In this document: positions 14,247 through 29,845 of the stretch, piece after piece
Layout: every line of letters starts with the position of its first letter
How positions within the stretch are numbered: the first letter of the stretch is position 1
Assembly (NCBI GenBank): GCA_964016885.1
Contig: OZ024758.1
Span: 4,836,001-4,900,000 of the forward strand
Length of the DNA stretch: 64,000 bases
Source of the DNA: Eledone cirrhosa
Taxonomy: Eukaryota
Direction: 5' to 3'
Notes under the pieces: generated by a model
Database searches by the model: none
Seen by the model: only the letters and a program-made list of their open reading frames with translations
Told to the model about the DNA's origin: nothing
Made by a program: the position numbers and the translations under genes

Positions 14247-15926
14247 TTAATATAAATTAATATATTTGATAAACACAAATACCAACATATTGTGTTTATC
14301 AAATATATTAATTTATATTAACTTGTATTACACGGCTCGGAAATACTTTCTTTGAGCTATTTCATTGTAAAGGACTGCCTGAGGTTTGAACTCATTATTA
14401 ATAGTATATATATATATATATAGGAACGAGTAGGACCCCGACGGCTGAGCTGAAGCCGTTTCGACGGCTAATTCTTTCTATTACTGGTCCAGAATTGGTG
14501 GGTGAAGAAGTCTGGAGCAGGTATGGAGATACTATTGCATCCAAATTCAGAGAACTAATCGAGATAATTGAACTTCTCTACTTTCTTCAGTGAACCTCCC
14601 CTCACTTATGGGTATACCTAGTGAGAGTTAGACGCGTTTCAATGAGCCTCCTGCAGTACCGGTCAGTTCCAGTCAACTTTAACCATAAAAGATTTCTCTA
14701 TTAAAATATTGTTGAGTTTTGAGCCACAAATGTTTCTAGTAAAGAATGTCCAGACATTATATTTATTTTCTTATTTGAATTATCTACCAAACATTTTAGC
14801 GTTGCGGATTATTTAATTTCTTTAAAATACAAATAATTTATAAATTCATATCATTTGAAATTGCATCCTTTTCAAATAAATCATTTTATCTATTTGAATA
14901 TTTTATAATGTACTGTATATATTATTATTATTAATCATTATTTTTAATGACAGTAATATATCGTGTAGGTTACGAGGAGCAGTAGACGTCCAATCAGTAT
15001 TAGTTTTCTTTTATCATTTGTAGAGATGCCAACCAAACAGACTTCTTCTTCTACCTCCTCTTCAATTACTATTATTGTTAGTTTTACTTCTTGAGCTTAG
15101 TGAATGATAGAGCGCCGGACTAATCCCCTTGTGGCATGTTGTTATGTCTCTTTACATTCTAAATTATAATCCCATTGGAAGTAGACTTATCTTTACATCA
15201 TTCTGGGGTCCACTTTGATTTTCTGGTGTCGACTTAAATTTACATTATTTTGGGGTCAGCTTAGCTTTACATCTATTTGGGGTCAGCTTAGCTTTACATC
15301 ATTCTGGGGTCAGCTTAGCTTTACATCATTCTGGGGTCAGCTTAGCGATACATTATTTTTGGGTCAGCTTAGATTTACATTATTTTGGGGTTGACAGTAT
15401 AAGGTCCTCAGACATGAATTGATGATATAATCGACTTTATTCGTCTCTCAAATCTATACACATACATACATATATATATACATATACAATACGCACGCAC
15501 ACATGCATACGCTGGTAGCTCCGGGATGCCATTTCTACACGCATGTCAAATGTATTTTGATATGATTTGATTAAAGGTTGCCTTTAAGTCTGAGTAGATA
15601 GCGGCAAGAAAATCCTTACTGCAAGATACAGCGACCTCACCTCGAACTATGAACTCTTTCTGATGAAGTGCAGTATTTTATGTAATGCTAGCGATTGAGC
15701 ATAATAATAATATGTAATCAGCGCTCGTAGAGTGACGTTGTACTGAAACATATGTTAAAGAACGGACTAAATAAATCTTTCTCTTCTAACTTCTACTTCA
15801 TTACTAGTCGTTTGTTTTTCCTAGTACTATACCTTTGAATTTATTTATGTATATATACATTTTTTTTTTTTTTTTAATATAGAAATGGCTTCTGCAGGAC
15901 TAGAACTGTTTCATTCTACTCCGCCT

Positions 15927-16265
15927 ACATAAAGGATGAACTCCAGAAAATGAGACGTTCCCCAACCTCCATGTTCCCTCTGATAAAACTAAAAACCTTT
16001 GTGAGGAGGACATGCAGACATATCAGAGGCTGGCAACAAATGCCATAAAGAACATCTCTAAAAAGGTAGATGATAGGGCCTTGATTGAAACCAATACAGT
16101 TGGCAAGGAGATCACCAAGACCCTTAAAATTGAAGACTGGACAGAACCATTAAGGGTAAAACCCTACAGTCCACCCTTAAAGATCACAAGACCCTTTTCT
16201 ACAAAAAACCGTTGGTGCGGTTGATTACTCAAACACGAGTGGACATTGGATCAATTAGTAAGAAG
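15927..16265 (+). pseudogene. Decayed Penelope-like element reverse transcriptase, N-terminal part
   Basis: Across frameshifts it reads ...LHVPSDKTKNL..Y..L....I....KK...N..GKEITKTLKIED...TLKDHKTLF..KPLVRLI.....IGSISK. This matches the PLE pattern ADKT.NLY...ITLKDHK..F......RLINP.KS.IG.ISK, recalled from family knowledge. Confidence 0.75.
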
Positions 16266-16809
16266 TATGGTGTCATGAAAGTGGCAACGCCAACATGGCA
16301 ACATGATCGCAGCACTGCAAACGCTTCCACACGAACGCGGCCGCACGAACGTGACTGCAGGAACGCGGCCACCATGAACGTCGCCGCACCACAAACGTCG
16401 CCGCTACACGAACGCCGCTACACGAACGCTGCCACACGAACGCTGCCACACGAACGCTGCCACACGAACGCCGCCACACAAACGCCGCCACACAAACGCC
16501 GCCACACGAACGCGGCATCAAGAATTCAAAGAGAACAGTTTTACAGCATCTTTACAGATAATATTTACATGAGTTGGCTTTCCTTCTTCATACAAAGCAA
16601 GGAGAGGAAAAGGGAAGGCAAAGGAAGAATCTACTAAGAAAACCTTATTTGAACGCTGGAATATCTTTCAAGACGTGTGACTTAAGGGATTATGGATGTG
16701 TTTGATCGTTGTAGCCGGCAGCTTCACTTCTTGCATAGGACAAATATAGTCACCCTAAGGGAGAAATCTTTTTCTCAACTAACACCTTTCTCTCCCATTC
16801 TCTCACGCA

Positions 16810-18030
<1,221 letters not shown>

Positions 18031-18304
18031 TTCCCTTTTCACTCCAGAACAACTTATTAAAGGGAATAGCTAAAGTAGTATTAGATTGCCAAAGTCGTGG
18101 ATCCCACTTGAGTAAGAATACTATGGCTGAAGGTGAAATAGGTTTACAGTATGAAGTCGGGGGAAGAATTTATACGCTTAATTGACAGACAAGCCCGAAT
18201 ATTGACGGACAAACCCGAACATTGACGGACAAGCCCGAACATCCACGAAAATACTGATGGTGGATTATAATGTCAGAGTGGTGTCATTTTAAAGTACAAA
18301 TGAT

Positions 18305-19115
18305 TTGTATGCATGTATATATGTATATATGTAGGCATATATGTATATATGTATGCGTGTATATAATGTATGCGTGTATATATATATATGTATGCGTGTA
18401 TATAATGTATGCGTGTATATATATATATGTATGCGTGTATATATAAATGCGTGTATATATATGTATGCGTGTATATATATATATGTATGCGTGTATATAT
18501 ATATATGTATGCGTGTATATATGTATGCGTATATATATATGTATGTATGCGTGTATATAAATGTATGCATATATAAATGTATGCATATATAAATGTATGC
18601 ATGTATATATGTATGCATATATAAATGTATGCATATATAAATGTATGCATGTATATATGTATGCATATATAAATGTATGCATATATAAATGTATGCATGT
18701 ATATATGTATGCATATATAAATGTATGCATGTATATATGTATGCATATATAAATGTATGCATGTATACATGTATGCATGTATACATGTATGCATATATAA
18801 ATGTATGCATATATAAATGTATGCATATATAAATGTATGCATGTATACATGTATGCATGTATACATGTATGCATATATAAATGTATGCATATATAAATGT
18901 ATGCATATATAAATGTATGCATGTATACATGTATGCATGTATACATGTATGCATGTATACATGTATGCATATATACATGTATGCATGTATACATGTATGC
19001 ATGTATACATGTATGCATGTATATATGTATGCATGTATACATGTATGCATGTATAAATGTATGCATGTATACATGTATGCATGTATATATGTATGCATGT
19101 ATGTATATCTATATC
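18305..19115. repeat. ~16-bp minisatellite (ATGTATGCATATATAA / ATGTATGCATGTATAC)n
   Basis: Read directly. Confidence 0.9.
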
Positions 19116-19380
19116 TATATATGTAAGGTAAACGCAAATAACACATCGGTACAGATGTGCACCCGTATAGCTCTATATACAAAACGGTTTTTTTTTCTAT
19201 TTCAGGTAGACGCGCTCCATCATCCACTTTTCTAAAAACAAATTTATGATACACAAAACACCAGCATCAGTTTTCCAAGAGATGGCAACATCAATGGACC
19301 TGTTATTTTTTCTCTAAAAATATTTTTTCCGATTCCGCCCCGCCCGTCCATTCAATCTTACTAATTTCGCATTATTTCTT

Positions 19381-19408
19381 CTGATGAAGGACTAGCGTCC
19401 GAAACGTA
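19381..19408 (+). ncRNA. Hammerhead core remnant (stem I not recognisable)
   Basis: CUGAUGA AGGAC UAGC GUCC GAAACGUA; the flanks do not pair. Confidence 0.5.
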
Positions 19409-22400
19409 TACACTCTTCCTGCTATATCTATGGATGTATGCGCCTACATATGCCCCTATATATGTCCGTACATAATACGTACATATGTATGTCAGGTCGC
19501 TCTTCGGCGCTACTGGTAATATGTAACCCAGTATAACCTGTGCAGGGTCGGGTAGTCCGCGAATAAACCGGCAACTCCACTAAATTTGTTTGGTAAGGAG
19601 GGTGATTTTGAACACCCTACGAGATGAAAAGCAAAACCCGTCAAAGAGCGTAGGAACTCAGGAGAGTCAACGGTCATGCAATAAAGTTTTTTTTTTAAGT
19701 TTTTGTGGGCAGAGAGACTCCTAGTCTTCATTAAGACATCTCTCTAGAAGAATGTCACTGATATAAAACCTGCGACTTCATTTGCATCTGATGTAGACCA
19801 GTTATTTTGGGGCAAATGAATTCAATGTTCAAAGAATGGGATTGGCCCCGTGCAAAGCCTTTCCTCACTTAAAAAGCTTCAAGCGCAGGCATCGCTTGAT
19901 ATGTGACATTGTTTTTTGCGATGCGGGGTTGTGTTGGCCATAGACAGGACCCCAGCATAGCTAAGAAGCCATGTCCGTGATGCTTAACTAACAAGTGATG
20001 GCCTAACTCGAAATCGAGCGGTAGCCATCATCATGTATGTATATCTGTGTGTATGTACAAGTGTGTATGTTTATACATGTATGTATGTATGTATGTATGT
20101 ATGCACATATATGTATGCATGTATGAATTGTGCGCGCGTGTGTGCAATGTAATTTCCTATGTATATATGCATGTATGTGTGTATATATGCATGTATATAT
20201 GCATGTATGTGTATATATACATGTATGTATGTATATATACATGTATGTGTGTATATATACATGTATGTTTGTATATATTATGCATGTATGTATGTATGTA
20301 TATATTATGCATGTATGTATGTATATATTATGCATGTATGTATGTATATATTATGCATGTATGTATGTTAGCTAATCATTCAAAGTTTCAGATATTCGTG
20401 TGAATGTGTGTAGTATGTGCGCGCGTATATATAAATATATGCATATCTCATATGCATATGTGTGAAGAGTCTATATTAGCATATATGTAACTACGTGTTG
20501 CTGTCTAGTAGGCAGTTGTTTCTGTGTAAATGTACTGCAAATCTTTCTCTGGTTTGGTGTTATTAAATGAAGACAGCTCTAACGTCTACAGCTTCCGACA
20601 TCTGCTGAATAATTCACTCTGGTTTTATTTACAGCACTGCCGTGTACAACATTCTCATTAATTCTGAGATTTTTGTTGAATTTGTCATTTGAGACAGAGT
20701 AGATAGACAGGACATTGATACCCATATTCTTTGTCTACTCATTAATCTTTCCTCGATTGATGACCACATGTGTACGTCTGTTCTCACAACGCACACCATC
20801 CATATAACCCATTTGATTGATGTTACCAACAGACCTGACAACCTCTAAAACCCCAAACGGGGAGTACCTTGAAAAAAAGTGCCCCAAAACGGTGGAATGT
20901 GAAGCAAAATGGAAAGATTTTATATAATGGTCTCTTATATAGGCACATTGCCAGCAATGTTGTGGGAGGGGTAAGTCGATTAACTCGACATTAGTGTATT
21001 ACTGGTATTTTACTTTATCCACCCTGTAACAATTAAAAGGCAAAGCTAACCTCGGCGGTACTTGAAAACAGAACGTGAAGGGACGTAACTATATGCCCCA
21101 AAAGTACATGATTCAAGGCTCTCGCGATATTTCCCAAAACTGCATTTCTTCATATCGGTAATAATGGTTTCTTATATAGGCACAAGGCCAGCAATTTTTG
21201 GGGAGGGAAAAGTCGATTAAATCGACCCTGGTGCGTGACTGGTACTTTATTTTATCGACCCCGTAAGGATGAAAGGCAAAGTTAACCGCGGCGGGATTTG
21301 AACTCGGATCATAAAGGGCCGTAACTCTGTGCTGCAAAGCATGGCGTCCGACCCTCTACCGATACTGCCAATCCACCGCACTTGTGAGATTTTACATAAT
21401 GAAAATTATACGCATTTTCACCAGCGAAGACATCTCTCGCCCACCCCAAAGTGGGTGGCAGAGCTCCCCGACGGACGAGGAGAGTTGGCATGTCTGTACA
21501 AGTATTTACTCTACCCGGCTGCTCTACATATCTATATTGAACTTCATGTCATCGAAAGGATGAGTGCGAGTTATATGAAAATAGAGTTACGGCCCTTTAT
21601 GATCCGAGTTCAAATCCCTCCGAGGTTAACTTTGCCTTTCATCCCTACGGGGGTCGATAAAATAAAGTACCAGTCACGCACTGGGGTCGATTTAATCAAC
21701 TTTCCCCTGTCCCAAAATTGCTGGCCTTGTGCCTATATAAGAAACCATAATACTATCTGTAGCAGCCAAATATAAACAATACGGAAGGTAGACACGGGTA
21801 GAATATTGGAAAAGTTTGTGATATTTCTAGTTAATTTTCTACTCGTACAAAACACTCTACACGACTTCAATACTTGTACAACATTGCTCTTATATACAAT
21901 TTATAATAGAATATTTCTGAACAGTAACAAAAGAAAATACATCATCATCAAATATTTTATACATAAGCATATTTTCTTGGGCTTGTCCGTGCAGTCTATT
22001 GTTTAAAGTGCTATTCATAGTGTCGCATTGTTATCTAACTTATTGTCTGTATGAAAATTTCTATGAATCAGCATTAGTAAAGTCTTTTTTTTTTTTTTTT
22101 TTTTTTTTTTTCCTCTATGGAAAGTTCTCCATAGAATCAGAAGTCTGAAATGAGTGGAATTGCAACACAGACAACACTACACATGATACAAAATAATTGT
22201 TGGTATCACTGACAATATATCGGTGGTGATATTATGAAACGAATTTCACCATTGAGTTCAACACGATGGAACTATACAATAGTTTGTTGTTTTTTTTAAA
22301 TCAGTTAAAACAATTTCCTCTTCCGTTGTGTATTTGCTTTTCTTCTCTATTCAATTTACACATACACATATTTATAGCTATGTCGGTTACGAAGATGTGC

Positions 22401-22784
22401 GTTGTTCGAACAACAGAACAGCTTGCTCGTGACTTTAACGTGCAAGATGCTGAGCATACCTAAAGTTTAAGTCTAAGTATAAAATCTGTCTTAAGTTATT
22501 TAAAGCTCGTTAAGCCGGTGCTTATACCGGTTTCATGGCCTGAAGCGACTGAGAGCACAGGATTTCCCCCTGGACAGGACGCCATCCATCGCAGGTTTAA
22601 ATCCCCAGCTATTACTGGTACTCATTTTCAGCTGAGTATACTGGAGCAACTTGAAATGAAATGTTTTGCTCAAGAACACAACACACAACCCAGCCCAGGA
22701 ATCGAACCCTCGACATTATGATTGTAAGTAGTTCTCGGAGAAATTCATTGTAACAGTGTGTAACATAGCTGACTCTTAATTAGG

Positions 22785-23130
22785 TGAAGGCGCATGGCTT
22801 AGTGGTTAGAGAATTGGGCTTGCAATCGAAAGGTTGTGAGTTCGATTCTCGGACCGGATGATGTAGTGTCTCCTTGAGCAAGACACTTTATTTCACGTTG
22901 CTCCAGTTTACTCAGCTGTAGAAATGAATTACGATCCTGCCAAATCAATGGGTGACAGTAGTTCCAGCTGCATCGAAAGACTGGTGTAGTGGTTCTGAGA
23001 ACAATTCGGCTTTGAAGATGATAATTGCAAGTTGACAATGGAAAGGTGCTTCCGCTCGAGTTAGAAGAGAACTATTGACCTTCAGGAGAAGCAGTGACCC
23101 CTGATTGTATTCAGCAACCGAAACAAATAT
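22785..23130 (+). mobile_element. tRNA-derived SINE family B (representative copy)
   Basis: Head ggcgcatggcttagtggttaga...gagttcgattc and core ttgagcaagacactttatttcacgttgctccagt. Related copies with various tails at ~530-800(-), 1245-1472(-), 3270-3440(-), 3665-3785(-), 10900-11165, 22500-22725(-), 24043-24450, 41635-41880(-) and 58805-58925. Confidence 0.85.
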
Positions 23131-24894
23131 GAAGTACACCAAATCCAATGCTCCTAGGGGCGGCCCTGGTTCTTCTTATTTGCGAGGGTAAACTCGGCCA
23201 GATTAGATTAGATTAATTACACCTACACAGCTGTGATTTTAAACCGAGTTTACTGAAGCAACACGAGTTAAAGTATCTCCCCGGGGGAGACAGGGCACCG
23301 CTGGGAAGCAAACACACAACTTTATTAACAGAAGTCGAAAACTTTAATTACGAAATCACGCCCCTTAAGCCCACCTAGGCAAACACTAACACACACACGT
23401 ACAGAGAGAGGAAGAAATAGATGATAAAAGAAGAATGAAAGGTTTGCGAGGAAATTTACGATAATTGTTTCCAGTAATTTCCTAGCAACACATAAAACAC
23501 AATCACAGTAACTCCAGAACTCTGAAGAGAATCAACACAATTAGAATTAAACAAAAGGTTTCGTTTTATTTTGCCGGTAAAACGAAATGAAATCTTTTGA
23601 AAGAAAACCTAACAGAATTTTTCAGTTATCTTTAGAATGAAATTAAAAATACGGAAACAAATTAATTTTAGTAAAATATGGAATAATAATATTAGTGAAA
23701 TGTTTTATATTAAAAAATTGTGGTTAATGCCATTGTTATAAAAGTTATTCATTGTAACGACAAAATATTATTGACAGTATTAATAAAATTACTAATAATT
23801 ATTTATAATTAGTTAAATTATTAACGAAATTATGGCCATTATTATTTGACACATCACTTGAGGGTTATCTGTCCTCTTCCAAATTAAAACCCATACATTT
23901 TCTGCTCTTATTACCAAATTTTAGAAAAAACTATATCGAAAAAAATTATCAACACCAACTGCAATACCAAATGATGCAAATTAAATGCGGGGTCATTTAC
24001 ATTGTATTTCGACCTACTAGATTTAACAGCCAAATATCCCTCATAGCTTAGTGGTTGAGGATGCGAGTTCGATTCCCGGTCCGGGTGATGCGTTGTGTCC
24101 TTGAACAAGACACTTTATTTCACGTTGCTCCAGTTTACTCAGCTATAAAAATAAGTTGCGACGTCACTGGTGCCAAGCTGTATCGGCCATTGCCTTTCCC
24201 TTCGATAACATCATATATAGTGTATATATAGAGTATAGAGTGTATATATAGGGTATGTTGTGATTTCACTGGTACCAAGTTGTATCGGCCATTGCCTTTT
24301 TGTTGGACAACATCGGTGACGTATTGCGAGGAGACTGGTATATATGTGTGACTCGGTCTTCCACAAACAAGACTTGTGCCTCGGAAGGGAAACTTTCTAG
24401 GTGCAAATTCCATAGTCATTCGTGAACATAGAAGATTTACTCTTTACCCTATCCTTCTAATCACATTATAAATTAGGGAAGGACACTTTATATAACGTGG
24501 TTCTATGTACATTTAATCAACCATGGTGGTCAGGGTTGGAATATTATTTTTCATAATTCTGCTCGCTCAGGATTGTACTGGAACTAAGCAATGCCAACCT
24601 TCATAGGCAGTCTATGGACCTTTCAGCCGACCTGCTTATAGTTACCAAATTCCTTCAGTCATAACCTTTTCTCGAAATGTATCTCGAAATATATCTAAGA
24701 CGATTCTTGATAATATAGAAGTATAATTCTACATCATGCCTGAAACTAATATATACGTAAATAAGACCGTTGTTGCTCCAATCAGTCCACAAAACACCCA
24801 GTAAACACCCTAGACAGAACAGCAACCTTCACTCATGATTCCTGATAAACCAACCCATGACCCACCTTCCAAGTTCGGCAAATCGAACCCGGGC

Positions 24895-25050
24895 CACCCA
24901 CCTTCACAAACCGAACACGGACCACACACCTTCACAAACCGAACACGGTACACACACCTTCACAAACCGAACACGGACCACACACCTTCACAAACCGAAC
25001 ACGGACGACACGCCTTCACAAACCAACCATCGACCACCCACCTTCACAAA
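24895..25050. repeat. 28-bp tandem repeat (CACACCTTCACAAACCGAACACGGACCA)n
   Basis: About 5-6 units. Confidence 0.85.
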
Positions 25051-26796
25051 CTCAACCTGTATAGTAAAGGTGAAAGAGTTTTATTCATAGATCTGCTCAA
25101 TCAGAACCAACCTAGGGCTAAACAACAACCTCAAACATTAAGAGCAATAATAAAAGGAACATTAAAAGTTGCAGACGCAGCAACAGTAATAATTGTTTCT
25201 AGATTTGGCACAAGGCCAGCAATTTCAAGAGAAGAGGAAAGTTGATTAAATCGACCCCAGTGCATTACTGATACTTTATTTTATCGACCCCGTAAGGATG
25301 AAAGGTAAAGCAAACTTGGGCGGAATTTGAACTCGGAATGTAAAGGAACGTAACTATGCCACTAAGCATGTTGTCCGATGCTCTACCGACTGAATAATAC
25401 CACTATTTCTGCTGATATTGTTATTACCACTACTAGATTGGGGGGGTCTAACAGAGGGCACTTACCCTGGTGGTCAGGGTCACCATGGCTTTTTTAATGG
25501 GCTTTCTCCACGAGTGACCCTCGGAAGTCTCTCCCTATTGGGGAATTTTCCTTTGTTTCATTTTTTTATTTCTTTTGTTATTGTACAAATGCCCATTTGT
25601 ACCCTCCTGTACTGTCCTTAATGTTATACTTTATGTAAACCCTTGTGGTTAATAAAGAAAGCATTGTTACTACTACTACTACTACCACCGGTGGTGGTGG
25701 TGGTAATATTAATAGTAATAATAGTAATAGCTGTAGTAGTAATAGTAGTAACAGTAACAGTAGTAGTAATACTTGTAATACTACTACTAGTAATAGTAAT
25801 AGTAGTAGTAGTAGTACAAGCTACAATAGCAGCGCTGATGGTGGTAAAAAGACAACAACAGTAACAAAAGCAATAAACATGTTTAAAGATTATAATCATT
25901 TTGGTTAATGTTTAAGAGAAATTGTGAATTATGAGGTCAGAATTTGTAGCCTTCAGATTTCATATCTGAAGGGACCGAGTAATTGGACAGTGTAAAGAAT
26001 TCTTGAAAATTAAAAAATTAAATAAAGCATCATTAGTTATTGATTAGAAAGAAACGAAGCGAAGTTCAATATTTTATAGAACATTCTCGAAAATTACCAT
26101 TGTCTGCGACTAAAAGTTCTCTTAGCAAACAAACCAAAAATAAAACTATTGTAATGTAAAGTAAAATTATATAAAATTAAAATTATATAGAATTTAAAAT
26201 ATGGTTAAATAACTTTTAAAAAATTAGAAAGTATTTCTAAAGATAAAAAAAAAGGAAAAATGATAAAAAATGTATTCATTCCTTCATTGTCACCCGTAAT
26301 AGACAGGGGGGAAAAAAAAATCAGAAAAATAGGAAATTCTATCATAATCTGTGATTTCCATGAATGTGAAACCATTCATATTGATTTTAAAAGAGAAAAA
26401 AGCAGCTTATTTGTGATATATTTCATTCATGCTTTTCCTAAATATTTCAGTATCATCTATTTTCCCCGCTTGCACAGCGACTCAGTGTTATTTTGATACA
26501 ACTTTCCTGCTTGACTACTTTAGTGTAGCCAACTTCGGTTCTTTATCAAAGAAGTTTTTTTTTCTAGCTTGAAATATATATAAATGTGAGTGACTTCCGT
26601 CCGTATGTCACAAAAACTATAGCAAAACAGAGGCTGACGTTCTACATTTGCTACGCTGTGTGTGAATGTATGTGTATGTCTATGTGTGTTTGTGTGAATG
26701 TATGTGTGAGTGTGAACATATGTGAGAGAGTGTGTGAATATGTGTGAGCATGTGTGAATATGTGTGAGCGTGTGTGTATGTAAATGTTTGTACGAA

Positions 26797-26827
<31 letters not shown>

Positions 26828-26839
26828 GTGTGTGTATTT

Positions 26840-27370
26840 GTGTGAATCTATGTGTGAGAGTGTGAATCTATGTGTGATAGTGTGAATCTGTGTGATAGTG
26901 TGAATCTGTGTGAGTGTGTGAATCTATGTGTGAGAGTGTGAATCTATGTGTGAGAGTGTGAATGTATGTGTGAGTGTGTGAATGTATGTGCGAGTGTGTG
27001 AATGTATGTGCGAGTGTGTGAATGTATGTGCGAGTGTGTGAATGTATGTGCGAGTGTGTGAATGTATGTGTGAGTGTGTGAATGTATGTGTGAGTGTGTG
27101 AATGTATGTGCGAGTGTGTGAATGTATGTGCGAGTGTGTGAATGTATGTGCGAGTGTGTGAATGTATGTGCGAGTGTGTGAATGTATGTGCGAGTGTGTG
27201 AATGTATGTGTCAGTGTGTGAATCTATGTGCGAGTGTGTGAATCTATGTGCGAGTGTGTGAATCTATGTGTGAGTGTGTGAATGTATGTGTGAGTGTGTG
27301 AATGTATGTGCGAGTGTGTGAATGTATGTGTGAGTGTGTGAATGTATGTGCGAGTGTGAATGTATGTGTG
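26840..27370. repeat. 20-bp minisatellite (GTGTGTGAATGTATGTGCGA)n
   Basis: Read directly. Confidence 0.9.
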
Positions 27371-28004
27371 AGTGTGTATATGTGTGTGAATATATGTGTA
27401 TTTGTGTGGATGTCTGTATTTGTGTGAATGTCTGTCTGAGTATGTATTTTGTAAGCATGTCTGTGTTTACGCGTTTATATTTAGATACTCATACATATAA
27501 ATATATGCGTATGCACATACACACACGCACACATATATATACATATACGTGTCAGCGTGTTAAAAAAAAAATCCTAGTTGTTTCAAAAACTGAAGATCAC
27601 CGAGACGTAGTGAGGAAGGTGGATGGGGTAGGTTATTCCCAAACCCAATTTATGAATGTCTCTCTTTCACACTCGAGTCGTGAGTTGTTGCATTGCTGTG
27701 AAGAAATGGGACACTAACATTCACCATTCTGTTGCCTTTTCTCTTGATACAATCCTCTAGCCACAGTAGGAAATCAGCATAATGTGTATCTCTGGTTGTT
27801 GTCTTAAGCGGCATGGAGCCAATTAGCACCACATCCTAAGAGTCGCAAAAGATTTTGCATATGATCTTGTTTCATTTCCATGATTTGGGCTCAAGATTTT
27901 CCTTAGAGCTTTGCAGATGGTTGTCTTTCAATTTAGAGGTCAGTATTCTTGGCACCCTCTAAGCTGACACCCCTATGATATTGGAAAATTAACAAAGAGA
28001 AGAC

Positions 28005-28049
<45 letters not shown>

Positions 28050-28083
28050 TATTTTTATATATATATATATATATATATAAATA

Positions 28084-28121
<38 letters not shown>

Positions 28122-29068
28122 TATTTATATATCTATATATATATATATTTTTATATATATATATATATATATAAATATATTTTTATATATATATATATAT
28201 ATAAATATATTTATATATCTATATATATATATATTTTTATATATCTATATATATATATATTTTTATATATCTATATATATATATATATATATTTATATAT
28301 CTATATATATATATTTTTATATATCTATATATATATATTTTTATATATCTATATATTATTATATATCTATATATATATATTTTTATATATCTATATATTA
28401 TTATATATCTATATATATATATTTTTATATATCTATATATATCTATATATTTTTATTTATCTATATATTTTTATATATCTATATATTATATATATATATT
28501 TTTATATATCTATATATATTTTTATATATCTATATATATATTTATTTTTATATATCTATATATATATTTATTTTTATATATCTATATATATATATTTATT
28601 TTTATATATCTATATATATATTTATTTTTATATATCTATATATATATTTATTTTTATATATCTATATATATATTTATTTTTATATATCTATATATATCTA
28701 TATATAAATATATTTTTATATATCTATATATAAATATATTTTTATATATCTATATATAAATATATTTTTATATATCTATATATAAATATATTTTTATATA
28801 TCTATATATAAATATATTTTTATATATCTATATATAAATATATTTTTATATATCTATATATAAATATATTTTTATATATCTATATATAAATATATTTTTA
28901 TATATCTATATATAAATATATTTTTATATATCTATATATAAATATATTTTTATATATCTATATATATATTTTTATATATCTATATATATAAATAAAATAT
29001 ATATATAAATATATATATATATAAAATATATATATAAATAAAATATATATATATAAATATATAAAATA
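28005..29068. repeat. Almost pure-AT (TA)n-derived satellite
   Basis: Units such as tatatataaatatatttttatatatc; C-containing units with essentially no G on the + strand. Confidence 0.95.
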
Positions 29069-29201
29069 GGCTCGGTGTGATTGCTAATAAATATTGTTTA
29101 GAAAATGTGATTTCGACGCATCGTGGAAACATTAGCGACTCACTGTAGACAACAGAAGAACGGGTTTTGTCATTACGTTCGTGTTTCTTTTACATATTCC
29201 A

Positions 29202-29239
<38 letters not shown>

Positions 29240-29343
29240 AGAAACAGTAAACCGTGTATCTAATATTACGATATATATATATATATATATATATATAGTA
29301 GTTGTAATAAATACAAAGATTAAAATCCAGCCAGATAAGACAC

Positions 29344-29376
<33 letters not shown>

Positions 29377-29388
29377 ATATATATATAG

Positions 29389-29419
<31 letters not shown>

Positions 29420-29762
29420 GTGTGTGGCAGACAGGCACAGACAAAGAAAGAATTGAATGGGTTGCTTCGATGTTTTATAATGATATTTATGCCATCACAA
29501 GATTCAAAGATGTCGACTGAGGGCAAACGAGTGCAGAAAAATACATAAAGATTTACTCGTTTCGCTTTTTTTTTTTCTTTTGTTAATGCTATGTCTATGT
29601 TGAATATTTTGCCTGTTTTTTTATTAACGTTCTTATATATAAATAAATATGGCTATGTCGTATTTACAATAATTACGGCTATCAAATATTTGAAAGATAT
29701 AGAAGCGATGAGAATGGATCTATACACCCTAATCACATCTGCCTCCACACACACACACACAC

Positions 29763-29844
<82 letters not shown>

Positions 29845-29845
<1 letters not shown>

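Noticed and set aside
22785-22860. tRNA-like sequence
   Set aside because: It is the head of a multicopy SINE and lacks a complete cloverleaf; no genuine tRNA gene was found.
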